Source of the DNA: the human T2T-CHM13v2.0 reference genome, Homo sapiens
NCBI RefSeq assembly: GCF_009914755.1
Contig: NC_060939.1
DNA: 64,000 bases
Direction: 5' to 3' (one strand)
Numbering within the stretch: the first letter of the stretch is position 1; every line of letters starts with the position of its first letter. A model generated the notes under the pieces. That model saw only the letters and a program-made list of their open reading frames with translations, did no database searches and was not told the origin of the DNA. This document shows positions 46,226 through 62,200 of this stretch, piece by piece. A program made the position numbers and the translations under genes.

Positions 46226-48464
46226 TGATTTTGATGATTAACCAGAACTGGGAAACCCACAGACTTTTTGCGGGGGGTGGTTGTAAGGGGTGGGCTGGGT
46301 GTCTTGTGTTTCTCATGGGTCTGTCTCCAGCCTGAGAACACATTGCAGATGCTCAATGTTTGCATGCCTGGAAACACTGGGGTATTTCTATCCAGCTGGG
46401 GCTCAGAGCAGGGCCTAGGGAGCAGAAAAGACATGGGCAGAAAGCTTGGCAGAGTTCACGTCAGGAGGCCCTCTATGCATTTTTCTTCCTGCAGTGGGGA
46501 ACATTTAAGATATTTAAGTAAGTAAAACATCAGAATGGTGTTCTAATCTGCTGATACTGTGTGAAGGTCCTGGAAAGGGGACAAACTAGAGCTAGAAGGA
46601 CAAACGAGGCAAACACTGAGCATCTGCAATGTGTTTTGCATTCTGCCACGCACTGAGCCTGTGCTGATGAGTGAAGCCAACACAGTTACTACCCTCTTGG
46701 AACTTGCAGTCTAATGGAATATGGGGATGACAGTGGATGGTACTGACAGTCCCAGCTGGATTTATGAAGTGCATGGGAAACGTTTTCTCAAGCTCACATG
46801 GTGAGATTGAGATGTCTGTGAAATAGCCAAATGGAAAGTTACAAGGAGCCTAGAGTCATATGCAGTCCCACAAGTTTAAATATAAAAATAGAGGTTCTAA
46901 AGCTGATTTGATCTGGAGAAAATCTGCTTTCCTAATCATTTTCTGTGAGTTTCTACTCAGAAGAGAACTTTTCCTTTGAAGTTTTTTCTATCTAACTGAA
47001 AGGTAAGTAAGTTGCGTAAGTAACAGCGCTATGAAGTGGCAGAGCCCCAGGCTGAAACCTGGGCTTGTGCTGCCAGGATCTGCCCTCTGACCGCTGAGTA
47101 AAGAATAAAGGGTTTGGAGCACCAACCCTAGGCCTGAATTCCAGTCCTATGACTGGAACTGTGTTGGCTGTAACGCTCCCATTTCTCCAGAGAAGCTGAT
47201 GGTTATTGCCCAACACTGCACAAGAGTCAGGAAGAGAGCTGCCATACAACTGACCGGAAATGAACCCTCACTGGGTCTCTCTCTTCTGTGAAGGAAAACT
47301 TGCCCATCAAGCCAGTTCTTTTGCATTCCTTCTGGAGGTCAAAATCCCCTCCCTTGCAAAAACCAGCTCTATTTTATTAACCTTTCTTTAATGACATTTA
47401 CATATTTTACCTCACCCTCTCTAATTCAGCAAACCCTCCCTCTCACTCCATTCTGTTCTCAAAGAGTTTTCTAGTCCTTAGCAAAAATAACAGATTTGCT
47501 GTTTCAGTTCCCACAATGCACATGTGTTTATTAGGTCCTGCCTTAAAGCAAATTCAAACCTTTTCTATGATCATTTTTTCACAAGCGTCAGGGATCTAGC
47601 AAGCCAACTTCAGAATGATTCTTAACATATACCGTCCGGAGCCAGGTACCTATAAGTTGTAATATTTCAGTGCCTTCCAGGTACTCTACGTGACCTGCTA
47701 ATTATCTGTCAAGATGTAGGCATCAGACACAAATCAAACAGGTGAAAAAAAAAATTGATCTAATCTCAGCTTTTTCCAGTTTCTGAGTCTCTGAATACCA
47801 CATACATCAAGCTTATGTCTTGCGCTGGGACAGCACTGACTTTAATGTATTCCTCAAAGCCCACAATTCTCTGCAAAGAACTGTTTCTTCTGCTGCGGAG
47901 ATTAATAAGCTAATGCACTTGTCTGAACAGTATGGAGCTGACCTGGCCCCTTCCTTTCCAGAGGGTATATTGTGGGGTCATGATATGAATGTGTCTTGAA
48001 CTTCATCACAGCACTCTCTACCTACAAGGAGAAAACTCAGGCTTGGAAGGGACTCCTCACAATGCTATCTGATTCAGTTCATCCTCTCCTGTCTGAACAA
48101 TTATCTAAGAAGAGAAGAGCTACCATGGCATTTAGGTTTCACTTCCCTTCCTGAATTCCAGAAAGAAGACCCAATTTTTGATAAGCAAACCAACTTCAGT
48201 TACATTTGACATACCTATTCACCAACCATTCATCCAACCAATATTTGCTAAGCACTTACTGTGGTCCAGGTCCTTTGCTAGATGCAGTATAAAAAAGAAA
48301 AAGAAAAAGAAAAATCAGGCCTAATATTATATGGTAATTAACATTAATTCCAGAGGATTTTATATGACATCAGTGGCCTTAATTTGATTGGAATATGTGT
48401 AGACAACTAATGTTATCAGTTTTAAAAGGTAGTTCACCATTTTTTTAGAAGTATGCTCTTACAC

Positions 48465-48580
48465 TCTCACAAAGTTCTATAAGGACAGAGACATTTGTCT
48501 CATTGGGCTGTATCTCTAGCACCTTGAACAGAGTCTAGCAGGGGTAGGTGCTCAATAAAAATTTGTTGAACGAATTGATT
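48465..48580 (+). mobile_element. L2 3' end
   Basis: 'aagttctataaggacagagacatttgtct...gctgtatctctagcacct...gtaggtgctcaataaaaatttgttgaacgaat'. Confidence 0.75.
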
Positions 48581-50157
48581 ATGCCCTTTACCCACAGAGA
48601 GGGACCAACCTTTAACCAAGTAAGTGCTATAGAAATACCTGGCACTTTCTTCTGACCAACAAACTTAGGAGTATGTCTACTTTGCAAATGTTGAAAAAGA
48701 TATTGTAGATGAATTCTTAATGACACAAACAAATGTCTGTGATATTTAGCTGTGTGGATATGCAGTGTACAAAACAATGTATTCTAGTATAAGCACATTT
48801 AGCCAAAATGTAAACAGTAGCTCTTTTTGGTTGATGAACTCTTGGATAGGTTTTACTTTCCTTTTTTGCATTTTCTGTGTTTTCTAAATTCTGTACAATG
48901 AGCTTATATTACTTTCCTAACCACATTTTAAAATATTGTTATATAAGAAATACTATCATTCAGGTTTTGACATAATTTTATTTTCAGTTGGCATTTTAAT
49001 TCTATTCAAGTCCTTTCATTTAGTTGTAGGTAGCATAAACTTATTAAAGGAGAGAGGAGAGGAAGACAATTCATAACAGAGGCTGGTATTTCATACCAGG
49101 TCTGGAGAGAAGAGAGGGGCTCCAAGTATCATCAGCTAACGACCAATCAGTGATTAGTGTCAAAGAGCTAATTGTGCCAGTTGTAACTCTGGGAGTCACC
49201 TAGACAGGTAGGAAAGGTGTGAGCCCAGGAAAGATGATGAGTCTGCAATAAGAAGGAATCTTCTTGCAACCAAAGAGAATTATGCCACCAAAATCCATAT
49301 AATGGTAATTAGCTATATTGCAATGGAATGTAAAAACAGAATTCTCCTAAACAAGATCAGGAATGGGAAGTCTTTTATTTTTTTTTTTATTATTTTTTTT
49401 TAAATGCTATTCTTGCTCTTTCTCACCTAGGAGAAATGTTTAACTAAGATTTCAAAGCCTAGCCTGGCTGCACTGCTCCGGAGTTTGGCAGCTGTTGGAC
49501 TTTGGTGTCTGTGTGCCAGTTATTTGCTCTGCCAGCAATGTGTTAGGATAATCACCCACTGAAGGATTTCAACACATTACATTTCCCCAGAAGCCTTTGT
49601 CTAACAAGGTAATTTATGACCTGTTCAGGAATCTGGTCTTTACAAAACAATAAATTCACACTTGTGCTGGACTTCAAAGCTGCCATTATGAGCCTGGTAG
49701 CAGAAGGCATCCCGCAGCTGAGAGCCAGGTCAACAGATAAGTGAGTTTTTAACGATCTCTTTCAGGCAGGCCAGAAAGGGGGCAAAGCCAATAGCCACTG
49801 CAACATTTGGCCATTCTGGTTGCAAAATTCAACACTGGAAGTGAGTCCTTTTCACTCACTCTCTACAGAAATTGGGATCAGTGGAATTTTGGAAGGGTCG
49901 GCAAGGAACCAGGTGTTCCCCATGGGAAGGTCAGTTGCTCCTGTTCCTGGTAGAGTCTTGCTCAGATGCCACAGAAGCCCACTCCCCCAGAGAGGCCCAC
50001 TCCCCCAACCCTGTTACCACCCTAAACCCAAAAGTCTCTCTCTGGAAAGTAGGAGGTTGGGGAGTCGGAATAAGTGCTTTGGTGTCTCCAACTATTTCAC
50101 CAAATTCTTGCAGCCAAGGGCATCTTCCACACATATGAATCCCACATAAATCCTAGA

Positions 50158-50354
50158 CCAGGTTTTCCAGAGTGTGGTCTGTAGCCTGCTTGCATAAGAA
50201 TCACCTGGGTTGCTTGTTATAAAAACACCACCCCCCCCCACACCCGCCCGTCCAGACCTGCTCTATTAACTCCCAGAAGCTAGACCTAAGAATTAGTATC
50301 TTTAACAGACAATCCAGGTGATTCTTACATATACCGAAGTTTGAAAAACTACTG
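50158..50354. mobile_element. MER5A hAT MITE
   Basis: 'agtgtggtc...gcataagaatcacctggg...ccagacct...tttaaca...ccaggtgattct...aagtttgaaaaactactg'. Confidence 0.8.
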
Positions 50355-50414
50355 GATAGGATGAATAGAAAGGCAAAACCAGGACTTGAAGCCTGAGGAC
50401 TTTGGGGATGAGCA

Positions 50415-50515
50415 AGATCCTGAATGAAATCTAGAAGCCCCCATTTACTATCTGTGTGCCTTGGACAAGTGTCTTAAACTCTCAGAATCTTGGTTTACCC
50501 ATGTGTGAAAAGAAA
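50415..50515 (+). mobile_element. MIR fragment
   Basis: 'ccatttactatctgtgtgccttggacaagtgtcttaaactctcagaatcttggtttacccatgtgtgaaa'. Confidence 0.7.
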
Positions 50516-50820
50516 TACCTCCATTTTTGCAGTGAGGAGTAGCTTCCGGTTCTGAAAATTGACCTGCCTGCCTCTTCAGAGTTCTCGCAGCGATTGTTTC
50601 TGTGCCTGGGCCTCCACCCACAGCTTCCATGCTGCCATTTTGAGCAGACACAGTAAGCAATGAAGCTGCTTTCTCTCAGCAGCTCCCTGTATTCCTGCCC
50701 CCATGAAAACATCTCTGTCTTCTGTTTGAAACTCCAGGTGTGTAGTGTAGCTGTACTGCTGTATTGTTTTTTCTGTTTTTTAAACAGCTGAAATCATTTT
50801 TCAAATGAAATCTTTCTTAG

Positions 50821-51138
<318 letters not shown>

Positions 51139-51609
51139 TAGATACTTAAAAACAAACAAACAAAACAAACAAACAAACAAACAAAACAGCAGTTCTATGT
51201 AAAGGTGGGGGAGGCTCCAACTTTGAATCCACTTATTCCCCTCCACTCTACCCTCTGAAGCCTCCCCAAAGCTTTCAAAGGTCCCTCAGTGGTGCATCAT
51301 GGTCCACAGAATGGACAAAAGAAGTGTCTGTATCTGGGGATGGGGCAGAGTGGGAAACAGAGAGTAAGGTGGTCACAAGATGAACCCCAAGGTGACAGAG
51401 AAGCTGAAGGTGCCACTGTGTGTGCTGGGTGCACAGGAGGAGGAGCAAGTTTGCAGGGAGAAAGGAATGAGTTGAGTTTCTGATGAATTCAGTTTAGGTG
51501 CCATAGAGGCAACCAGGTATGGACACTTCGCAGGCTGTTGAAAATTCACACCCAGGATTATAGGCTGAGGTCCAAGCACAGATAGAGATATTCGTGCTTT
51601 CTCTTCAGT

Positions 51610-51782
51610 CAGTGGTTCCCACACATGGCTGCACTGTGGGATTACATGGGAGTTTTAAAATGTACAGATGCTGGGTTCTACCTCCAGAGATTCTGATGTA
51701 ATTGGTTTGGATTGTGGCTGGGTACTGGCATTTTTAATCTCCCCCAGTGATTGCAGAATTCAGCTAAGTCTGGGAACCACTG
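51610..51782. mobile_element. MER5-family hAT MITE with intact TIRs
   Basis: Perfect 12-bp inverted ends cagtggttccca / tgggaaccactg. Similar 8-bp flanks tcttcagt / ttcttagt. Confidence 0.88.
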
Positions 51783-51940
51783 TTCTTAGTACAGAATAAA
51801 AGATTTCTCTCTCATATTGAGTCAAGTTTCCTATGTAGATACAACTGTGCAGATGTAGGAAGCTTTACTTAATATCCACACTATTGGAATTACATGAAAA
51901 AGGCAGCAATCCACAAGTTAATTGCCATTATTAGTAATTA

Positions 51941-54120
51941 GTATTTGTTTCCCATGATTGCTGTAACAAATTATTACAAACTTGATGGCTTAAAACAACA
52001 GAAATTTATTTTCTCACAGTTCTGAAGGCCAGAATGAAATCAGTATAACTGGACTGAAATTACAGTGTCAGTAGGGCCATGCTCCTTCTGGAGGCTTTAG
52101 AAGTGAATCAGTTCCTTGCCCCTTCCAGCTTCTGGTGGCTGCCAGCATTCTTTGGCTTCCTTGTCATCACGTCTTTCCGATCTCTGCTTCTGTGATCATG
52201 TTACTGTCCCCTCTTTATCTATGTGCAAATCCCCCTCTGCCTTTGTCTTAAAATATTATATACAATTGCATTTAGGGCCCACCTGGAGGGCTCGGGATCG
52301 TCTCACCATACCAAGATCTTTAGTTTAAGTGTATCTGCAATGTCCCTTTCTTTCCTTTTCTTTTGCCACAAAAAGTAACCTTCACAGCTTCCAGGGATGA
52401 AGACCTGATATCTTTGAGGAACTCTTTTCAGTCTACCATAGACATTCCTGAAAGTTCATGTTCATCTCAGATGCAAAATGAATTTATCCCCATCTTGACA
52501 TCTCCCAGAGTCTTAACCCATTAAATCACCAACTTATGTACAAAACCTCATCCAAACATTATCAGCTCAGAAGTCCCAAAACTCATCATCTAGGTCATCT
52601 AAGTTAAGCATGGTTGGAACTCTGGGTATCATTCATCCTGGGGCAAAATTTCTCTCCATGAAGTTGCCTGATCCTAAAATACAGTGGTGAGATAGGCACA
52701 GGATAACAGTTACAGATGTTCCATCTCAAAAAAGAAAAAATGAAAGGTGACCCAAGTCTCCACCTTCAAGGTCATTCTTTCTTTTTCTTGAAGGGCAGCA
52801 CATGTTTTCTGCTGAGTAGTTTTATCAGCCTGTTTCCTGCTTGTAGAATTTTGAAAGTCAGACAGGCTTCCTTCATTTCCTCCTATGTTTTTCAGTCAAA
52901 ACTGGCAGTGCTTCTGCTGATACAACAGTCTCAAAAACGTTGTGGGTCTCCCATGTATATCATGAGCATTCACGCCATTAGATAAGATAATTCTCCACAA
53001 GTCTTTTCTAGATAATTCCATCTCTAGGCCCAGCTTCTCCTAAGATGGTTGTGGGGATCCATGGATGCATAAGTCACACCTTAATCTCTTTAAAGGGTCC
53101 TCTCTATAAATAAATATTTTGATATTTTGGGAAGTTCTAAAGCACTAGCAAAAGTTGTCCAGCTACAACCTTGGCTTTATCTCCAGAACACAATTTCCTA
53201 AACAGTGGATCTCCAAATTGTAGCATCTTTTGCAATCTGGATAGGCTGAGAATTTCCTAAGCCATCTAATTCTGGGTAGTTTTTGCTTAACAGTTCTACC
53301 CTCAATTTATCTCTTCCCTTTCTTATTTTACTATATACAGTGAGAAAAGACCAGGCTGTACTTTCAACACTTTTCTTAGAAGTCTTCTCAGCTAAATGTC
53401 TAATTTCATCTTTTACAAGTTTCTGCCACTAACAAGGACTCCTTTCCTCCAGTTTCCAGTAACATGTTTCTGTTTTCTTCTTAGTCTTCACCAGTAACAC
53501 TTTTCTTTTTTGAGACAGAGTCTCACTCTCTTCTCCAGGCTAGAGGGTAGTGGCATAATTAGAGCTCATTGCAGCCTTGACCTCCTGAGCTCAAGTGATC
53601 CTCCTGCCTCAGCTGCCCAAGTAGCTGGGACTACAGGCATGCACCACCACACTAGGCTAATTTTCCTATTTTTTGTAGAGACAGGGTTCTGCCATGTTGC
53701 CCAGGCTGATCTTGAATTCCTGGGGCTGATCAACCCCCCAAAGTGCTGGGATTAAAGGCATAAGCCATTGCACCCAGTACTAGCAATGCATTTAACCTTT
53801 ATATTCCTACCAACATTCTGTTTAAGATGATATATGTATCCTCTAAGACAACACAGGCTTTCCCTAACTTGCTCCTCATTTCCTTCTGAGACCTCACCAG
53901 CAGTTCCTTAACTGTCCATGTTTCTATCCACAGCCTGTCTAAAGCAACCTGTTTTTTTCTGTCATGTGCCTCAAAATTCTTCCATCCTGTAGCCATGATC
54001 CAACTCCAAAATCACTTCTACATTTTTAAGTATTTATTACATGAGCAACTAACTTCCAGTTACCAAATTTGGCATTAAAACATGGATATCTTTGGCGGGG
54101 GGCATTCTTCAGCCCTATAT
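51941..54120 (-). mobile_element. MaLR element (MLT1C-like): LTR ~51941-52440, internal region ~52441-54078, remnant of the second LTR ~54079-54120
   Basis: LTR 'tgctgtaacaaattattacaaacttgatggcttaaaacaacagaaattta...cagtctaccata', then MLT-int-like sequence ending 'acttccagttaccaaattt', then the LTR-end motif 'ggatatctttggcggggggcattcttcagcc'. Confidence 0.75.
53501..53778 (-). mobile_element. AluJ inserted in the MaLR internal region
   Basis: Antisense J-type Alu ('gctcattgcagccttgacctcctgagctcaagtgatcctcc'). Confidence 0.92.
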
Positions 54121-54799
54121 ATCCTCATAATTATTATTTATAATAATATTAAATTATTCTGTCTATGAGATATTGTTCTATCCATGACTAAATCAAGTTC
54201 TGGTTGTTAGCAAAACATCATTTATTCATGCAGCAGACATTTGAGTGTCACTGTACACAAAAGTTAGCTTCAGTTTCTGTGAATGATTCCAGATCATGAT
54301 GACCAGGGATATTATGTTATTTACACATAATCACATAGCAAGTTTGTGGCATGTGTGATATTGGCTTAGACTACGAACTACCTACTAGGGAAAATTAATT
54401 TTCTTTCCTTTTTAAAAACCACTAAAATCTTGGGCCCACATATTTACCTTTTTGGAAAAAAAAAACTGAAGGAAGTTTATAATTTAAGATAGATACATGA
54501 AGAATGAAAATGGTTACATACCCTAGTATTCACTCACTCACTTCTAAAATGTTTGTTGGTATCTGTGTGGGATACTCTGCTGGATCCTAGGATCCAAAAA
54601 GGAATAATTCAGGTACAATCTCTGCTCCCATGCCCCAGAGCTAAATATGCTTTCACCACACCACAAAGATCTTCCTCTTGAAGAACTTCCTTCTTCTATA
54701 TTAAAGCCAAAAATATCTGAGTTCCCCATCATAGCCCACATGTAACCGAGTTAAAAGAAGAGAACAAAAAGGGAGTGCCCAGAAGAACTGATGGAGTTG

Positions 54800-55090
54800 G
54801 AGTTCTTTAACCCCATTTGCCAATGAGGTAATAGACTCAGACAGCTGATGTAGCTTGCCCAAGGTCACACATATAATAAGTAGGGGAGCCAAAATTCGGA
54901 CCCTGAAAGTGCAGCTCCATTTACTTATTTAATGCTCACACAACCCCTCAAAATGGAGACCATGACCTCCGTTTTACAAGGGAGGAACCTGGGGCTTACA
55001 GAAGGTGGACTGATAACAGAAGGCCCCACAACTGCTAAGAGCTAGGCTCTCTCAGGCTCTCAGCCTATATTCTTTCCACTGTGCCCCACT
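54800..55090 (-). mobile_element. Two MIR fragments
   Basis: 'ccccatttgccaatgaggtaatagactcag...cttgcccaaggtcacaca' and 'ctccgttttacaagggaggaacctggggctta'. Confidence 0.65.
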
Positions 55091-55450
55091 GCCTCTGAAG
55101 GACAAGGGCTCCTTAGGGCTTATCTTGCTGGTCTCTCTGGTTCTCTTGGAGGTAGATTGGACGCCCGTTTCAGACTTGCAGGGCTTGAGTGAGAAGAAGC
55201 TGGTTCATGCTGGGTTCTTTCTGTAGCATAAGCAGCTCCAGCCATCCCTTCCCGAAGAAGTGTGTGCTAGTCATGACAAAATGTCCCAAGTACAAATGCA
55301 GCGCTTGCACAACTTGGGAGTCCTTGGACAACATGACCCAACCTACTGGAGCTCACGATCAGGTAACTGGTCTTCAGGCGTAACTTTGATGCAAGAACTA
55401 GTCACCTACATGAGAGAAAGCTGGCTTACAGGAGTCAGAAAGCAGAGGGC

Positions 55451-55769
<319 letters not shown>

Positions 55770-56020
55770 TCAAATCTGTGGGCTCTGGAGTCAGAAGCAC
55801 CTGGGTGTGAGTCCAAGCCCTGCTATTTACCAACTTGTGATGTTGGGCATCATATTCAGCCTGGCTGAGCCTCAGTTTTCTTCTCTGTAGAATAGGGATA
55901 ATGATAACATCAACTCCATTGGTTCTTATAAAATTTTTTATAAAATTTAAATGAGACAATATGTGTAAAATGTTTATTTAGCACTGGGCCCAGAGTAGGC
56001 AGATCAAAAATATTATCAGT
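55770..56020 (+). mobile_element. MIR
   Basis: 'ggctctggagtcaga...gagcctcagttttcttctctgtagaatagggataat...tagcactgggcccagagtagg'. Confidence 0.8.
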
Positions 56021-56029
56021 GATGATCAA

Positions 56030-56661
<632 letters not shown>

Positions 56662-56714
56662 TCAAGAACTGAGACCCATATCAGGTTATGTGATAAACTG
56701 CTAGGTTTGTTACT

Positions 56715-56965
56715 GTAATACTAACTAAAAAATATACAGCTCCTATTTTGTGTCAGGTGCTGTTCTATGTACTTTACAAATATTAATTCATTTAGTCTTC
56801 AAAATAACCCTCTGAGGTATGTACTCTTGTTGTTCCTATTTTACCGATGGAAAAACTGAAGTACAGAGAGAGATCAATACCTCATCTAAGGCCACACTAA
56901 GTGAAGGGAGCTAGGGACTGAACCCAGGCAGACTGGTTCCACTGTCCTTGCTTATTCCTACCACA
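56715..56965 (-). mobile_element. MIR
   Basis: 'tgtgtcaggtgctgttcta...attaattcatttagtcttc...cctattttaccgatggaaaaactgaagtacagagag'. Confidence 0.8.
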
Positions 56966-58187
56966 TGATTCCAGTTTTCACTGCAAAAGGGTCATTTGTG
57001 ACACACCAATAGACAATTCATGCAAACTCTTTGGGCTCACAGGCAACTTCTGCGATTCTGGCTAGCTGATTTCTAAAGTTTATTTCTTCTTCAGCATTTT
57101 AAGTGGAAAACAAGGAGAAATTTCTGACTTCCCCATTTATACCTGGATGTGAGAAATTCAGACTTCAGTGTTTCCAGCTGCTGACCTCCTGCAGACTTTG
57201 GGCAAAGAAAGACACTTGCGTGTCCATGCGGTCAACACTGGCATTAACCACCTGGTTGCCAGATTAGTGAGAGTTTGTGAACAGAAATCAGGAGAGTCTG
57301 GGATTCCCACCAGCCCATCTCTTTGAACAAGCTGCAGCTGCCTCTGAGGTTGTTCTTTAGCCAGGGCATGGTTGCAAAGTTCACACTTAAAAGTCCACTT
57401 AAGAGGATTTAAAAGAAACAACAACAGAAGCAGGTGGAGTAGAAGTGACCTGGTCACCTTTTGCCCCTTGCGGCTGCTCCAGCAGCTGGGAAGAACAGGG
57501 CAAACCAGCAGTACTGAACCATAAACCTCACTGTGACTTCCAGAGGCTACCGCATTGAACAGAATGCCTACCAAGGACTTGCTCCGTAGCAAAGTAACCT
57601 GCAATTGGAGAGGGAATTGCTGCTGGAACTCAGAGTAAACATGTAGGGGGGCAAAGGTCTTAATTTGAGAAGTTGGAATTCACCAGCAAGAGTGATTTGG
57701 CCACTTTCTTGCCAAATTGAGATCCCTTTAGTGCCTAGTCTAAGCTTGTTGCTTGCGGGGTCTCAGGTTTAATGAGGTGCAGCAAGCCTTGCAGAGAATT
57801 AAAGACCAACTGCCTATGATGTTGGTTTTCTCGTTCTGTGAACAAAGCAGTTCAAGGACCTGCCCATCTTGGTTACTTTGTTCAGTCTACATCCTGGGGC
57901 TATGCCTCACGAGAAACTGAGGTCATGAAAACAATGGCTGGGGGAGGGAGACTCATGGTGGCAGATAAATACAGTGTTGCCCGATTCAAAATCAGGAATA
58001 TTTAGATTTGAAAAGAAAATGTTATATCATCTATTTTGATATACACCACTAAATTCAAATGACAAATATTTTAGTACCTCTCCCTCACTCAAAAAAAAAA
58101 AACAAAAAAACAAAAAAAACTGCACGTCATTCTTTACAAAAAAAAAGTTTTGGGGTAATATTCTAAATGCTTTTAAGGAGGCATTGA

Positions 58188-58493
<306 letters not shown>

Positions 58494-58523
58494 CATTGAC
58501 TACTTTATATCTAGAGTTATGTA

Positions 58524-58618
58524 TAGGGTGACTAGGCATCCCTATTTGGCTGGGACTGAGGGAAACCTATAGTGTTAAAACCAGGATAGTCCCAGGCCAA
58601 CCAAAGGCAGTCATCTGA
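58524..58618. mobile_element. MER81-like hAT-Blackjack MITE
   Basis: 'tagggtgac...gggactgaggg...gtgttaaaaccaggatagtcccaggccaacc'. Confidence 0.7.
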
Positions 58619-60328
58619 TTATAAAGAAAGTAAACTCTAATGATGTAGAAGGAGTGAGATCATAGTGATGTAATAATATATTGACTTTGCTGATTACACT
58701 AAAGTTGTTCAACTGTAGTTGTTAATATCACAAATAAAGTCAAATTATATCATCCATTTCTGATACCTCCTCTAAATCAATCACTTGTAATAAAATTGCC
58801 AGCTTTAGTTTCAGAGAATCTTTCATTAACTCACATCTATTCTCTTATGTCAGGATCATGTCAGTTCATAGAATGGCAACCAAAATATCATGTTACTAAC
58901 AAGAGCAAGAAAATTAGGCCATTTATCCCATTGCAAACCAAGAATGTCTTTTCACAGAAATCATAATCTACATCTGTTTTTTAAAGCTTAAATTTTGCAA
59001 AACACTATTTCTTTTCCTGAAGGTTTCTGAATTTCATCTGTTCATAAAAAGAACTATTTTGATTTCGCGGGCTTCCATCCCATTACACAGACACACACAC
59101 ATTTGTGCAGACTTTTGAAACCATTTTTGAAGAGAACTTGTTTAAGCAGATTTAACCTGTGATGTATTAGAAAGAGCATGGGCTTTGGAGTCAGACTAAT
59201 TTGACAGAGGAAATGCCGAATTCTGCCTGGAATTCCTCCACTAAGGAAAAGAATTCTAATCCTCACCATAACCTAAATCATTTGTGATATACTCCAAAAT
59301 ATTTGCTTATAGTGGACGTCAGTGAAAATACTAGAGTTCTCGTTATAAAAATGTTTAAATTTTTGTCTTTTTAAAAAATTGTATCGTTGAGTAGCATCTA
59401 TTGTTTAATTTGACTTTTGTCATAGGAATTTAAGCTTGTAAAAAGTTCATGAACAAACAGCCAACCCCTTTTTTACTGCGGATTAAAACAGGAACTGATT
59501 GCTAAAGATTAAATATTGGTAATAGTTCTCAACTTTATAAATTAAAAGGTTGGAGGCTCTTAAAAGACACTTATTCTCCTCTTGCCCTGCTAGAAAAGCA
59601 ACATCTTCTGCAAAGTTGTCCACCCTTGTGATAAGGATGACATTAGAGATGATGTCACCAAACAAAACTAGTACCAAAGCAAATCAATACAGATTTTTCT
59701 CTCTAATCTTAACTATGCAAAGTGCTGGGAGTTGTGAGGAACCGTGACAAACTATTTTCTGGATAACTGAAAAATAAATGAATTACATTTTTTATCTTAA
59801 CTCTTCATGTTGACTTCAAAGTCTAACACGCATTTTTATTTTAGTATTCTAATTTGCCCCAAATGTTACTGAGTTGGCCTTTGATTCCATATCTTATATT
59901 ATCTTTGGCCAACATGTATAATAATTATAAACACTTTTTGTCAAGTAGCATAGTTGTAGGAAATGGAGCTTTGGCTGAAAGCAGGTGTACTGACTGCAGG
60001 TCAGTCCATTGGAGTTTAAGTGGCTCTTTAAAATTTTTCTTAAGTAATATTTTTGTTGTGATTTGGAACTTTGAGGGAAAGAAATGTATATTTACTGAGT
60101 GACTATATGATTCAAGCACACTCGTAGATTTTCCACTGGGAGGTATCTTAATCACACACCATCCTGAGTGACACCAACCATCAATTCCACTCTTTAATGA
60201 GAAATCTGAGCCAGAAGTAGACATTCCCCCTCTGTCAGATTTGATTCCAAAGTCTATGCTCTTTCTAATGGTCCACAAGGCAAACATGTTCCAACTTGTT
60301 CGGTCTGTAATAGGTTCCAAAAGTCTAT

Positions 60329-60355
60329 GGGGTTGGGGGGTTGGGGGGTTGGGGG
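60329..60355 (+). other. Putative G-quadruplex motif G4-T2-G6-T2-G6-T2-G5
   Basis: ggggttggggggttggggggttggggg read directly: four runs of at least 4 G with 2-nt loops. Confidence 0.8.
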
Positions 60356-60759
60356 AGAATGCATGGCTTCTTATATGAAAAATCTCTTACAAGAACTGTA
60401 GAAGTTTACAATGTTGTTAGCCTCAGTTTTAGTTTTAAGATCTTTTATTGTGTATTCAAAAGGTGAGTACCACAAAGATGTCTAAAACTTAAAGTTTGCA
60501 AATCCAAGTTCTCTGTCTTCCCCATTGAATCTATTTTTATTCTTTTAGCCAAGGCTCAATTACAGAGGTGGGAACACATGGACAAACTGAAGTGTTGTCT
60601 CTGCTCAGTGACAAACATTTCATACCACACCAACCCCCAAGGGAGCTATTGAAATTTTCATTACAGATGGAAAAACTAAGGCGAATGATGCCTGATGTCA
60701 CATCCTAGCTGTCTGATGCCAAAGCTCATCTTTCAAGTACAATGGGTTCCAACATCCCA

Positions 60760-61460
<701 letters not shown>

Positions 61461-61489
61461 CCCCGCCAACCCCCTTATAGTTCTTGATT

Positions 61490-62200
61490 TAACTACACAA
61501 ATATGTCTTAAACCCCTGCAATGTGCCAGGCACTGCACTAGGCGTGAGGATACAGCAAGGAACATGGCAGAAATAGTCATTGGCTCCATGAGGTTATGAG
61601 TCTGAAACACACATTAGTAAGTAATTACCTCTGTGATGAATGCCACAAAATGGTAACTGCAAGGGCACATGGCCAAATGTGTCAGGGAAAGCGTGACATT
61701 GAGCCTGAGATGTGGAGAATGCCATGAGTTGGTCCAATCCAACAAAGATGAGAGGGAAACCGTAAGTAGATAAGCAGTACTTCTTCTGTGCTGCACAATA
61801 CCTTTGACATACCTTCATGCAAATTCCTATGGTGCATTTGGCTGTTTATCTCTGCCACCCCCACAACACTGAAGACTTCATATGCACAGGGACAGTGCAC
61901 TGGTCACAGTTTGTAACCTCATCAGTTACTATGTCTGGCACATCTGAGTGTTCAAATGTCTGTTGGTGATGATGGTGATGACACTAGGTACATTTTATGT
62001 GATATTACTATGACATATTGATAAATTTTACAACAATACCCCCAATTAGGTAATATACTTATTTTTTACAGATACAGAAACTGACGGCTAGAGAGGCTAA
62101 ACAAGTTTCCAAAATTAAACAACTAGTCAAGTGATATGGAGTCAAATTCAAGTCTGGATCTAGTTAATTTCACAGCCTTTCTATTCCATTGTAGCACATT
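61490..62200. mobile_element. Cluster of L2 and MIR fragments
   Basis: 'atgtgccaggcactgcactaggcg...gatacagc' (L2, -), 'tgtctggcaca...aaatgtctgttg' (L2 tail, +), 'ttttacagatacagaaactgacggctagagaggctaa' (MIR, -). Confidence 0.6.

Noticed and set aside
57158-57604. 148-aa ORF in unique sequence
   Set aside because: Non-ATG start, no recognisable homology or domain, and a length compatible with chance in 64 kb across six frames.
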